NCBI GenBank assembly: GCA_963744895.1
Contig: CAVUUW010000005.1
Span: 1,292,580-1,356,579, forward strand
From: an uncultured Gammaproteobacteria bacterium
Lineage (GTDB): Bacteria; Pseudomonadota; Gammaproteobacteria; Pseudomonadales; Moraxellaceae
Direction: 5' to 3'
DNA length: 64,000 nt
Shown one piece after another: positions 33,247-43,060 of this stretch (its first letter is position 1; each line of letters opens with the position of its first letter). Under the pieces are notes generated by a model. The model made no database searches and was not told where the DNA came from. It saw only the letters and a list, made by a program, of their open reading frames with translations. A program made the translations under genes and the position numbers.

Positions 33247-33297
33247 AATAATATTATGTACTAAATAATATTATGTACTAAATAATATTATGTACTA
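33247..33297. repeat. Perfect tandem repeat, 3 x 17 bp (AATAATATTATGTACTA)
   Basis: Read directly at 33247-33263, 33264-33280 and 33281-33297. Confidence 0.95.
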
Positions 33298-33417
33298 ATA
33301 GCATAGATAGGTGATAACAAGCTCGCGTAAAACGGGCTTTATACATTTATTGTGTAAAACTCATTCTTAGCTACAACTACAATCATGACCACAATAAGAG
33401 TAAAAATAGGATTCATT

Positions 33418-34908
33418 ATGTCAACTGATATCAATAATAATACACCCGATGCTTATAGCGATTTTCATTTGCAGTATATAGCAGGTGAATGGCAAAGCGG
33501 TCAAGACGATAGCGTCAATACCAATACTAACCCATACAATGGTGATACGCTGGTAGAGATTCAGCAGGCCACGAGTGAACAACTTGATGAAGCTTATCAA
33601 GCCGCAACCACTGCCCAAACCGAGTGGGCGAAAAAAACGCCAGCAGAACGTTCTGCTGTCATGTATAAAGTGGTGAATGTGCTAGATCAGCGTCAAGCAG
33701 AGATTATTGATTGGCTTATTAAAGAGTCGGGCAGCACTCGCATCAAAGCAATGGCAGAGTTTAGCAATGCGCGTTCAATCACACTTGAAGCGGCAACTTT
33801 TCCAAGCCGTGTCCATGGTGAGATTCGCCCTTCTAACACGCCTGGCAAAGAGCACTTTATTTACCGTGAGCCAATCGGTGTCGTCGCTGTGATTAGCCCG
33901 TGGAATTTTCCGCTGCATCTGACGCAGCGTTCTATTGCGCCAGCCTTAGCCCTTGGTAATGCAGTAGTATTAAAGCCTGCAAGCGACACACCTATTACGG
34001 GTGGTTTACTGTTAGCAAAAATCTTTGAAGAAGCAGGTCTGCCAAAAGGATTGCTTAATGTGGTCGTTGGTGCAGGTAGTGAGATTGGTGATGCTATCGT
34101 TACGCATAAAACGCCAAGTTTGGTATCTTTCACTGGTTCGACGTCAGTTGGCAAGCACATTGGCGAGTTGGCCAATGGTGGCGATTACATCAAGCAAGTT
34201 GCGCTCGAGTTAGGCGGCAATAGCCCATTCGTTGTATTAAAAGATGCGGATATCGACCAAGCTGTGAAAGCAGCCGCATTCGGTAAATTCTTACATCAAG
34301 GTCAAATCTGTATCGCGATTAACCGTATCATTGTAGAAGATGAGATTTATGATGACTTTGTAGAGCGCTTTTTGGCTCATGTTAAGACGTTAAAAGTGGG
34401 TGATCCTAGCAAACAGGATACAGCAGTCGGCCCTATTATTAACGAAAAACAAGTCAAGTCGCTCAAAGAGAAGATTGCTAAAGCTCAAGAGTCGGGTGCC
34501 AATATGATACTCAGTGGAGAGATTAAAGGCCAAGTAGTACCGCCACATATCTTCACCGAAGTGACCCGCGAGATGGACTTATCTTGCAATGAAGTGTTTG
34601 GACCATTGGTGGGTATTATCCGTGCTAAAGATGAAGACGATGCGCTGTCAATTGCCAATGATTCTATGTATGGTTTATCTAGTGCCGTCTTTACAGCAGA
34701 TATGCAAAAAGGCCTACGCTTTGCTCGGGGTATCAGAGCAGGTATGACCCATATTAATGATATCTCTGTGAACGATGAAAGCCATGTACCGTTTGGCGGT
34801 GAGAAGAATTCAGGTATCGGTCGCTTCAATGGCGAATGGGTGCTGGAAGAGTTTACTAGAACGCATTGGATATCTATGCAGAGTACGCCGCGTCAGTATC
34901 CGTTTTAA
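33418..34908 (+). CDS. NAD(P)-dependent aldehyde dehydrogenase (aromatic/benzaldehyde dehydrogenase-like)
   Basis: ISPWNFP, FTGST, catalytic LELGGN, GQICI, EVFGP and PFGGEKNSG. Start ATG 33418 after an AGGA RBS. Confidence 0.93.
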   Translation: MSTDINNNTPDAYSDFHLQYIAGEWQSGQDDSVNTNTNPYNGDTLVEIQQATSEQLDEAYQAATTAQTEWAKKTPAERSAVMYKVVNVLDQRQAEIIDWLIKESGSTRIKAMAEFSNARSITLEAATFPSRVHGEIRPSNTPGKEHFIYREPIGVVAVISPWNFPLHLTQRSIAPALALGNAVVLKPASDTPITGGLLLAKIFEEAGLPKGLLNVVVGAGSEIGDAIVTHKTPSLVSFTGSTSVGKHIGELANGGDYIKQVALELGGNSPFVVLKDADIDQAVKAAAFGKFLHQGQICIAINRIIVEDEIYDDFVERFLAHVKTLKVGDPSKQDTAVGPIINEKQVKSLKEKIAKAQESGANMILSGEIKGQVVPPHIFTEVTREMDLSCNEVFGPLVGIIRAKDEDDALSIANDSMYGLSSAVFTADMQKGLRFARGIRAGMTHINDISVNDESHVPFGGEKNSGIGRFNGEWVLEEFTRTHWISMQSTPRQYPF

Positions 34909-34949
34909 TAGGATATTATAGACAGCATATATAACGAAATCTAACCTAT

Positions 34950-34979
34950 AAAAAAGACCGCCTTGATGGCGGTCTTTTT
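34950..34979. terminator. Bidirectional terminator
   Basis: AAAAAAGACCGCC-TTGAT-GGCGGTCTTTTT. Confidence 0.85.
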
Positions 34980-35038
34980 GCGTGTACTAATATGTGTGTT
35001 AACAAGACGGACTAAAAAAAGTCTTCTCTTGCCGTTTG

Positions 35039-35269
35039 TTATCTGGCATGAAAGCCGAGTAGCCCTTCGATTTCTTCAATCGTCATTCGTCTAACAAGCG
35101 CTTGCTCTTCGACTGACAAGCGATTGGTGTGCTCTTTAATCATCAGATAAATGCTACGAGCAATTTCAGAAGTCGAGGCATAATACATTTGCGGTTGCTC
35201 TTTTGTCAGAGTCATCAAAAACCGATTGATGATCTGGCGCTTTTCGTCTGAGGCGTTTTTTTCAGTCAT
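35039..35269 (-). CDS. Small hypothetical protein (76 aa)
   Basis: Strong TAGGAG RBS before the ATG; occupies an otherwise empty gap; helical, charged composition. Confidence 0.7.
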   Translation of the reverse strand: MTEKNASDEKRQIINRFLMTLTKEQPQMYYASTSEIARSIYLMIKEHTNRLSVEEQALVRRMTIEEIEGLLGFHAR

Positions 35270-35434
35270 ACCATTCTCCTAAGAATAAAGCATTTAAGCA
35301 ATCAGGCTCATGAAAATCAATGAAAGTCGTAGATGACAGACCTTATTGTGAAACGTTACTATAAAATAGACATACCAGTCACACATCATGATGACAGGTA
35401 TCCATTTTATTTAGTATGGGTCATAGGTTGCTGA

Positions 35435-36181
35435 TTATGCCTGTTCTAACTTTGGACGTGCTTTATCAATTGCTTTTAATAAGGCTTTTTCAAACTCACC
35501 TTCTTTAAATTCAATTAAGTAAGAATGCGCCGCACAAAAATTGCGAACATCACGCCACTCATGCGCTAGATTGGTAGCCCAGTCGCAATATTGTTCGCCT
35601 GCGTTTGGTTTGTCTTTTAGCGCTTTTTTGGTGGTAGGGTGTAGTATCACCTCAGGCAATATGGCTTCTAGTAGTTTTGTTGGTGGACTAATAAAGGTGT
35701 CATCTACGTGAATACTTTGGCTGGCAGGATGATAAGTTAATAAAGAACCTGCATGAACCATCTCATTGGATGAGATATAGTCAATACCTTGCACGATTGA
35801 AAACTCAAGCTCAGGGTAGCGCTGAGTCACCGCCTCACTTTCGACCAAATCCTCAGACCATTGAACATTAGGGACTTTTTTATGATGACGACTGCTGCCA
35901 TAAAAAGTCGCTGTCGGGAAGTCTTTGGCCATTTGCTCACAATGTATGGTATGAAAGGGATGTAAGTTAAGCACCGCTTCAACCTTTTGGCCATTATCAG
36001 TCAGTGCCATGACTTTATCGCGAACCTCATCCGTCAACGCATAACTGTCTAAGAATATAAAACGTCCTGATGCAAGCTGTATCAGCGAACAGTGAGCGCC
36101 AATATCTACCACGCCGCCCATGCGAAAGGTGCCGCGTATGTTCCAAAATCCTGCGCCTAAGTCTTGTATGCTGTCTGACAT
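35435..36181 (-). CDS. Hypothetical protein with probable metallo-beta-lactamase-like fold (DUF4336-like), paralog A
   Basis: AAGGAG RBS; HPFHTIH, VH, VDD and AH candidate ligands; 248 aa, colinear with the next gene. Confidence 0.75.
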   Translation of the reverse strand: MSDSIQDLGAGFWNIRGTFRMGGVVDIGAHCSLIQLASGRFIFLDSYALTDEVRDKVMALTDNGQKVEAVLNLHPFHTIHCEQMAKDFPTATFYGSSRHHKKVPNVQWSEDLVESEAVTQRYPELEFSIVQGIDYISSNEMVHAGSLLTYHPASQSIHVDDTFISPPTKLLEAILPEVILHPTTKKALKDKPNAGEQYCDWATNLAHEWRDVRNFCAAHSYLIEFKEGEFEKALLKAIDKARPKLEQA

Positions 36182-36277
36182 TTATATTTCTCCTTATCTA
36201 GAATGTACCCTCATTTTTATTACTATTTGCAAAATGGGGCACGCCGTAATATTAAAAAAGTAACCGTAACAATCGGC

Positions 36278-37024
36278 TTATGACGATTGCAGCTCAGAGC
36301 GAGCGTTATCAATCGCTGATAATAATGCCGCCTCAAATTTGTTCTCACCGAATTCCACGAGACCAGAATGGGCGCCGCAAAAGTAACGTATATCACGCCA
36401 TTGGTGCGCAAGCGTCGTTGCCCAGTCGCAATATTGTTCGCTAGCCGTTGTCTCATCGATTAACGCTTGTTTGGTGGTAGGATGCAACCCCAAGCCTGGT
36501 TGTACTGCGTTAAATAACTTAGATGTTGGAATTTCAAAAGTGTCGTCAATATACACACTTTTGCTCGCTGGATGATAGACCAGTAAAGAGCTGGCATGGA
36601 CGTTTTCATTAGGCGATATGTAATAGATGCCCTTAGGAAGTGAGAATTCAAGCTCAGAATAACGCGCTGCGACGGCCTCACTTTCGACCAAATCCTCTGA
36701 CCAGTTTATACTTGGTATTTCTTTATGATGGCGACTGCTGCCATAAAAAGTCGCTTGCGGAAAGTCTTGTGCCATTTGCTCACAATAAGTGGTGTGAAAA
36801 GGATGAACATTGAGTACAGCGTCGACATCGTGACCATCATTGGTCAATGCCATGACTTGTTGGCGTACATCGCCTGTTAGTGCATAGCTATCCAAAAAGA
36901 TAAACCGCCCTGATGCCAGTTTTACCAGAGCAGATTGCACCCCTATATCAATGATGCCATTTTTGATAAATGAGCCACGTATGCTCCAAAACCCATTGCC
37001 TAAATCATAAATTTTATCGGTCAT
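36278..37024 (-). CDS. Hypothetical protein with probable metallo-beta-lactamase-like fold, paralog B
   Basis: AAGGAAGG RBS; 248 aa; 162/248 identical to paralog A by manual gapless count. Confidence 0.75.
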   Translation of the reverse strand: MTDKIYDLGNGFWSIRGSFIKNGIIDIGVQSALVKLASGRFIFLDSYALTGDVRQQVMALTNDGHDVDAVLNVHPFHTTYCEQMAQDFPQATFYGSSRHHKEIPSINWSEDLVESEAVAARYSELEFSLPKGIYYISPNENVHASSLLVYHPASKSVYIDDTFEIPTSKLFNAVQPGLGLHPTTKQALIDETTASEQYCDWATTLAHQWRDIRYFCGAHSGLVEFGENKFEAALLSAIDNARSELQSS

Positions 37025-37335
37025 TAAAACCCTTCCTTAATGCTGATCTTTTGAATTATTTTAGTGTTTATATGTCACTTCATTCAGTCGCTACTATTGC
37101 CTAGCAATGAATAACCTTTACGAGTATGGGATTTTTAGGACGGCATGTCTGTAATAAAAAAGATAGAAGCAATGTAGATGTGTAAAACAAAAAACGAACC
37201 ATATACTGAAATTTGAGCTTGTTATTCTATATGATGGGGCAAAGCAATATTGACCTCTTATGAGCCATTGTCTCATTTCTATCAACTACGTCTATCTAGC
37301 TTTGGCTAAAAGACGCCAATACAGTCAGCATTATT

Positions 37336-38613
37336 TTGAATAATAAAACACCTAATAGCAGCGAAGATAACACACAAACGAACCATCAAACTTCTGCGGC
37401 TGGGGCAAGCGCATTTGCCACCGCTGCTCAGCAAACGCTTTTTGATTCGCCCTCGTGGGTATTGAAGCTTACGATTGGCTTAATTGGCATGTTTGCTTTT
37501 TTGCAAGTTTATTCGATTCAAGCCATTTTGCCTGTATTGATGATGGATCTTTCAGCAACTGAAGTGCAAGCGGGCATGGTGGTCGGTGCAACTGTATTGG
37601 CAATCGCCATTATGTCACCGTTTTTGGGAATGCTCTCAGATGCCGTCGGGCGCAAATCGTTCATTGTTGGTGCTTTATTGTTTTTAGCCATACCTACTGC
37701 CTTAATCGCCCAAAGTCCCAATATTGGATGGATGGGGATGTGGCGTTTTATGCAAGGCTTGTCTGTACCGGGCATCACGGTGGTAACCATTGCTTATATT
37801 GGTGAGGAGTTTGAAGGACCAGCATTAACAGAGCTAATGTCATTCTATGTGTCGGGGTCGGTACTTGGCGGTTTTATGGGTCGATTCTTGCTCGGGCATT
37901 TGCATGAATTGATTGGTTGGCGTTCCGGTTATTATGTGATGGCGGGTATGACACTTATAGGCGCATTGTGGGTGGTGAAGATGCTGCCATCGTCGCGCCG
38001 GTTTGTGGCCAATCCTAATGTTCGCTCGGCGATGCAGACCTTGGGCGAGCATTTGACCAATCGCTATGTGGTGACGGCCTGTTTGCTGGGTGCTTGTGTT
38101 TTATTCTCGCTTGTTGGCTGTTTTACGTTTATCAATCTGCATCTTGCAAAAGCACCCTATGAGCTGGGTACAGGCGCGCTTGCTAATATTTTTGCAGTTT
38201 ATTTGATAGGGGTCATTATCACACCATTATCGACCAAACTGCTCAGGCGCTTTGGCTCAGCGCGTACGGTGCGGGTCGCTGTTTGTGTGTCGATCATGGG
38301 CGTGTTGTTGACGCTAGTGACACCATTGTGGGGCATAATAATCGGTCTTGCAGTGATGTCCTCTGGCGTGTTTATCACACAATCAGCGACCATCAGTTAC
38401 ATCGCGGTCAATGTTAAAACAGGACGTTCATTGGCTTCGGGCTTGTATTATATGAGTTATTACAGCGGTGGCACCTTGGGAGCGTGGCTGGGCGGACTGG
38501 TTTATGCGCGCGGGCAATGGTCACTTACTGTATGCTTATTGCTATTCGTACAGATTTTGGCTTTACTCATGGCCAGCTTTGGTATGATTAAAACCAAATC
38601 TCGCGCCGCTTAA
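37336..38613 (+). CDS. MFS transporter (YnfM-like)
   Basis: About 12 TM helices, MFS motif A (SDAVGRK), YIGEE and GRSLASGLYY; TTG start. Confidence 0.87.
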   Translation: MNNKTPNSSEDNTQTNHQTSAAGASAFATAAQQTLFDSPSWVLKLTIGLIGMFAFLQVYSIQAILPVLMMDLSATEVQAGMVVGATVLAIAIMSPFLGMLSDAVGRKSFIVGALLFLAIPTALIAQSPNIGWMGMWRFMQGLSVPGITVVTIAYIGEEFEGPALTELMSFYVSGSVLGGFMGRFLLGHLHELIGWRSGYYVMAGMTLIGALWVVKMLPSSRRFVANPNVRSAMQTLGEHLTNRYVVTACLLGACVLFSLVGCFTFINLHLAKAPYELGTGALANIFAVYLIGVIITPLSTKLLRRFGSARTVRVAVCVSIMGVLLTLVTPLWGIIIGLAVMSSGVFITQSATISYIAVNVKTGRSLASGLYYMSYYSGGTLGAWLGGLVYARGQWSLTVCLLLFVQILALLMASFGMIKTKSRAA

Positions 38614-38933
38614 TATTGTCTGTAAAGGTAAGTAGTAGATTTGACGGTATTCACTTGTTGCTTTACAGAGAAGTACTTTTTTTTTACTATTAATAAAGCG
38701 GCTATCGATTTTATCGGTAGCACTCATCTACTGTTACAAGATGAAGCGGTTCATAAAAGACAGCGCTCCAGCAGTACGTTACTATTGTTTTAACAACAAC
38801 CAGTGTTTTAATAATAAAGTGTTAAACTAATTATTATCAAGAAAAACTACAAGGGTTAGGATTTTTAACCCAATATTATTTTAAGTTATATAAATAATGA
38901 TCTATATAACTGCCCAACAAGGAAGTCAAACTG

Positions 38934-40604
38934 ATGCCAAATACTTACCAAAGTGCACCCTCTGCTTATGATTACCCGTTATTGGTCAAGCAATTATTGA
39001 ACCGAGCTAAGACAGTATCACAAGATCAAGAAATTGTTTATGCAGACAAGAATCGCTTTACCTATAGAGAACTGTTTGAGCGTATCAATCGCTTAGCAAA
39101 TGTATTGGCAGGCTTGAACCTTGATGCGGGTGATGTGGTCGCCGTGATGGATTGGGACAGCAATCGCTACCTTGAGTCGTATTTTGCTGTGCCGATGTCA
39201 GAGTACATCTTGCAGACCGTGAATATTCGCTTATCTCCAGAAAAAATCCTTTATACCATCAATCATGCCAAGCCCAAAGTATTACTCCTCAATTCTGAGT
39301 TTGCGCCATTGGTCAAAGATTATCAGTTTGAAAACTCTAGTATCGAGCATATCATTTGGTTGGATGACAATGGTGTCACGTTTGAGGGAGTTTTTGGTGG
39401 CAACCGAAACCGCGTGGTAGGGGAGTATGAAGCGTTACTAGCGTCAGCGGACAAAGCATTTGATTTCCCTGATTTTGATGAAAATACTATTGCAACCACT
39501 TTTTATACGTCGGGTACTACTGGCGATCCTAAAGGCGTGTTTTTTAGTCATCGCCAATTGGTATTACACAGCTTAACCGAGGCGGCGACTCTTGGCATGT
39601 TGCCCAATAAACAAGGCGTCAGCTACGGTGACGTTTATATGCCGATGACACCAATGTTCCACGTACACGCATGGGGTTTTCCATTTACCGCCACCATGGT
39701 TGGCCTAAAACAAGTTTATCCAGGACGTTACGAGCCTGCGGCCTTGATGGATTTAATTGTCAATGAAAAGGTGAGTATTACCCATTGCGTACCAACAATC
39801 TTGCAAATGGTGCTCAAAGAAGCGCAAGATCGTGATGCCAGTTTTAATGGTCTCAAAATGATTATTGGTGGTTCTCGCTTAACTGAAGGTTTGGCAAAAA
39901 CAGCCATGGCACAAGGTATCGAGGTTTATACAGGCTACGGTATGTCAGAAACAGCGCCGCTCATTAGTTTGACAGAGTTTAGCCTCAATGAGCCTGAGAT
40001 GACAGAAGAGGAAGACATTGCTCGTCGCTGTATGACGGGTAAGCCTGTGTTAATGGTCGATGCTCAAGTATGGGGTGATAATAACCAACCAGTGGAAAAA
40101 GGCAAGGATCATACTGGTGAGCTGGTCCTACGCGCCCCTTGGTTGACCCAAAGTTATTTGAAGAATAATGATGCGGGAAAAGAGCTGTGGGAAAATGGCT
40201 ACATGCATACCCAAGACATCGCCTATATTCGCCCTGATGGTTATATTAGAATTACGGATCGTTTAAAAGATGTGATTAAATCTGGTGGTGAGTGGATTTC
40301 GTCATTAGAGATTGAGACAATCTTATCACTACATCCAGCAGTGGCAGATGTATCAGTGATCGGTATTCGTGATAAGCAATGGGGCGAGCGTCCATTGGCA
40401 TTGATCGTTCTCAAGCCTACTCACCAAGATACCAGTGCTGAAGATATCAAGGCGATTGCTGAAAAAGCAGTAGAGCGCGGTATTATTCCTAAATATGGCG
40501 TGCCCAGTAAGTTCAAGTTTGTCGATGAATTACCAAAAACCTCTGTCGGTAAACATGACAAAAAAGTCATGCGTGAGATGTATGCTGACCAGACCGAAGT
40601 GTAG
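38934..40604 (+). CDS. Fatty acid--CoA ligase (AlkK/DmdB-like family)
   Basis: YTSGTTGDPKG, GYGMSET and DVIKSGGEWISS; N-terminus AYDYPLLVKQLL and MDWDSNRYLE. Confidence 0.88.
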   Translation: MPNTYQSAPSAYDYPLLVKQLLNRAKTVSQDQEIVYADKNRFTYRELFERINRLANVLAGLNLDAGDVVAVMDWDSNRYLESYFAVPMSEYILQTVNIRLSPEKILYTINHAKPKVLLLNSEFAPLVKDYQFENSSIEHIIWLDDNGVTFEGVFGGNRNRVVGEYEALLASADKAFDFPDFDENTIATTFYTSGTTGDPKGVFFSHRQLVLHSLTEAATLGMLPNKQGVSYGDVYMPMTPMFHVHAWGFPFTATMVGLKQVYPGRYEPAALMDLIVNEKVSITHCVPTILQMVLKEAQDRDASFNGLKMIIGGSRLTEGLAKTAMAQGIEVYTGYGMSETAPLISLTEFSLNEPEMTEEEDIARRCMTGKPVLMVDAQVWGDNNQPVEKGKDHTGELVLRAPWLTQSYLKNNDAGKELWENGYMHTQDIAYIRPDGYIRITDRLKDVIKSGGEWISSLEIETILSLHPAVADVSVIGIRDKQWGERPLALIVLKPTHQDTSAEDIKAIAEKAVERGIIPKYGVPSKFKFVDELPKTSVGKHDKKVMREMYADQTEV

Positions 40605-40700
40605 TCGTTTGTCATAGACAAAGAGTTACTCGGCATCGTGAAAACTTCATGTAGATGATGCCCTTAGTAGTTGACCTTTGTTATTAGCTCTGTTACATTT

Positions 40701-40729
40701 TAAACCGATACGTAATGTATCGGTTTTTT
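40701..40729 (+). terminator. Terminator-like hairpin between the two CoA ligase genes
   Basis: AAACCGATAC-GTAAT-GTATCGGTTTTT. Confidence 0.65.
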
Positions 40730-40813
40730 AATTCTGGCAGGGAATGCCAGTCTGATAAGATAGTATTATTTGATAAAATCGCATCACTATCGTTTACGCT
40801 AAGGACAGCCATT

Positions 40814-42862
40814 ATGAGCGAACATACCATCGATCCAACCACCACTCGCGCTTCAACCCAAACCCATCACGCACCCTCTCATACTGACCAAAATTTTGCT
40901 GATATCTACCATGATTCAATCAATAATCGTGAACAGTTTTGGGCAGCACAAGCAAAGCGTATCTATTGGCACAAAGCACCTGAGCAAATCCTTGATGATA
41001 GTAATCTGCCTTTTGCCAAGTGGTTCGTTGGCGGTGAAACCAATCTTTGTTATAACTGTGTCGATCGCCATTTGGAAGCGCGTGCAGAACAAGATGCCTT
41101 TATTTGGCTATCATCAGAGATCAATCAAGAATTAATAGAGACTTTTCCAGATGTGGTTGACGCATTCAAAGATTTGGGTAATAACGTTGAGTTTTATACC
41201 GATTATACCAAGCGTCGCTTGACTTATAATGACTTATATAAAGAAGTGAATTACTTTGCCGACGTGTTACAGCGTCATGGTATTGGCAAGGGCGATCGCG
41301 TCATTATTTATATGCCAATGATCTTAGAGGCCGCTTATGCGATGCTTGCCTGCGCTCGTATTGGCGCAGTACATTCGGTGGTGTTTGGCGGCTTTGCTGC
41401 GCACAATTTGGCAATTCGTATGGATGATGCCGAAGCAAAAATGGTGATTACTGTCGATGCTGGGTTGCGCGGTGGCAAGGTAATTAACTATAAGAGTTTG
41501 GTCAACCAAGGCGTTGAACAAGCAAAGACAAAACCTGAGCATGTACTTGTCGTAAATCGCGGCGTATTACCTTTTAAGTCGCAAGATATTGATGTGGATT
41601 ATGCCACTGAACGCCGGCGTAGTTGTGACGCCAATGCTGTCGTCGAGCCAGTTTGGCTGGAATCAAATGAGCCTTCGTATCTGCTTTATACCTCTGGTAC
41701 GACGGGTGCGCCAAAAGGGGTGCAGCGTGATACAGGTGGGCATGCCGTTGCGCTTACTACCTCGATGGACTATATCTATGATGGAAAGGCAGGCGAGACC
41801 TTTTGGGCCATCTCAGATATCGGTTGGGCAGTTGGCCACTCTTACACCATCTATTCGCCATTGCTCGCTGGCATGACCAGCGTTATGTACGAAGGGCTAC
41901 CGCATCGTCCAAACCCAGGTATCTGGTGGCGTATTGTCGAGGCTAATAAAGTCAACATACTGTTTACTGCACCCACAGGGGTGCGTATGCTCAAAAAGCA
42001 AGACGAGACGTGGATGACTCGCTATGATGTCTCAAGCGTGAAATCATTCTTTTTGGCAGGTGAACCGCTTGATGAGTCAACCGCCAACTGGCTTACCAAA
42101 CATTTGGGTGTTCCGATTTTAGATCATTATTGGCAAACAGAATCTGGCTGGCCTATTTTAAGCAATACGCCCAAATTTAATCACAAACCGCACAAACAAG
42201 GATCGCCGGGTTATCCGATGTATGGTTATGACGCCCACGTGGTGAATGAAAAGACAGGCGAACAATGTGCTGCAGGTGAAAAAGGTCTCTTAGCTATTAA
42301 GGCGCCTTTACCACCAGGTTGCCTCACGACTGTATGGCGCAACGATGAGCGCTTTATCAGTAGCTATTTTGGTTTGTTTGATGGTCAAGAGTACTCGACC
42401 TCAGATTATGCAGTGACCGATGATGATGGTTACTTTTATATCTTGGGGCGGACGGATGATGTCATCAATGTGGCAGGTCATCGAATAGGCACGCAAGAGA
42501 TTGAAGAGGCCATTAGTAGCCATCCGGAAATGGCAGAGTGTGCTGTTGTCGGTATTCAAGATGAACTAAAAGGTGAGTTGCCCATTGCTTTTTGTGTATT
42601 GAGAGATCACGAACAAGTAGCGACCACCGAAAACCGCTTTCGTATTGAGCAGCAAGTAATAGGTGCAGTGATAAAATCTTTAGGCGGTATTGCAAGACCC
42701 GCCGCCATTTACTTTCCGCAAGCATTGCCTAAAACACGCTCAGGTAAGATCCTACGCCGTGCCATTCGGGCGTTGGCAGAAGATAAAGAAACAGGAGACA
42801 TGTCCACGCTTGACAATCCGGCAGCGATTGATGCGATTAAGCAGTCTATGAAAGACTATTAA
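40814..42862 (+). CDS. prpE: Propionate--CoA ligase (PrpE/Acs family)
   Basis: YTSGTTGAPKGVQRDTGGHAVAL, SDIGWAVGHSY, DHYWQTESG, NVAGHRIG and PKTRSGKILRR. Start ATG 40814 after AAGGA. Confidence 0.85.
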   Translation: MSEHTIDPTTTRASTQTHHAPSHTDQNFADIYHDSINNREQFWAAQAKRIYWHKAPEQILDDSNLPFAKWFVGGETNLCYNCVDRHLEARAEQDAFIWLSSEINQELIETFPDVVDAFKDLGNNVEFYTDYTKRRLTYNDLYKEVNYFADVLQRHGIGKGDRVIIYMPMILEAAYAMLACARIGAVHSVVFGGFAAHNLAIRMDDAEAKMVITVDAGLRGGKVINYKSLVNQGVEQAKTKPEHVLVVNRGVLPFKSQDIDVDYATERRRSCDANAVVEPVWLESNEPSYLLYTSGTTGAPKGVQRDTGGHAVALTTSMDYIYDGKAGETFWAISDIGWAVGHSYTIYSPLLAGMTSVMYEGLPHRPNPGIWWRIVEANKVNILFTAPTGVRMLKKQDETWMTRYDVSSVKSFFLAGEPLDESTANWLTKHLGVPILDHYWQTESGWPILSNTPKFNHKPHKQGSPGYPMYGYDAHVVNEKTGEQCAAGEKGLLAIKAPLPPGCLTTVWRNDERFISSYFGLFDGQEYSTSDYAVTDDDGYFYILGRTDDVINVAGHRIGTQEIEEAISSHPEMAECAVVGIQDELKGELPIAFCVLRDHEQVATTENRFRIEQQVIGAVIKSLGGIARPAAIYFPQALPKTRSGKILRRAIRALAEDKETGDMSTLDNPAAIDAIKQSMKDY

Positions 42863-42913
42863 GCCTAAATCTGTGCAGACTGTGTCTTTGGCGTGAATAC
42901 GCTTATAAAAAAT

Positions 42914-42943
42914 AAAAAGCTCATGAAAAGTCATGGGCTTTTT
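42914..42943 (+). terminator. Intrinsic terminator after prpE
   Basis: AAAAAGCTCATGA-AAAG-TCATGGGCTTTTT. Confidence 0.75.
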
Positions 42944-43007
42944 GCTCATTGGTTGTACTAACACGTACTGGATTAGTAATCACTAAGATAAAAGTTCAAT
43001 AAAGCGC

Positions 43008-43060
43008 TTGACCCTAAAATTGATTTATTGTTATATTCAATAACGATACATAATAAATCA
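43008..43060 (+). promoter_or_regulatory. Putative sigma70 promoter of the mmsA operon, overlapped by inverted repeats
   Basis: TTGACC (43008)-N18-TATATT (43032); arms TGATTTATT (43021) and AATAAATCA (43052); inner GTTAT-N5-ATAAC. Confidence 0.4.

Noticed and set aside
33247-33297. CRISPR array interpretation of the 17-bp repeats
   Set aside because: The repeats are directly adjacent with no spacers, and there are no cas genes.
40755-40780. PcaR/PcaU-like IclR site (TTGATAAAATCGCATC) upstream of prpE
   Set aside because: The match needs a gap and there is no clear second copy, so it is too weak in AT-rich DNA.
38934-42862. Either CoA ligase being the DMSP lyase DddX described from a Psychrobacter
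   Set aside because: As I recall, DddX has an ATP-grasp (ADP-forming) architecture and sits with a BCCT transporter. Both ligases here are AMP-forming adenylate enzymes and there is no BCCT gene.
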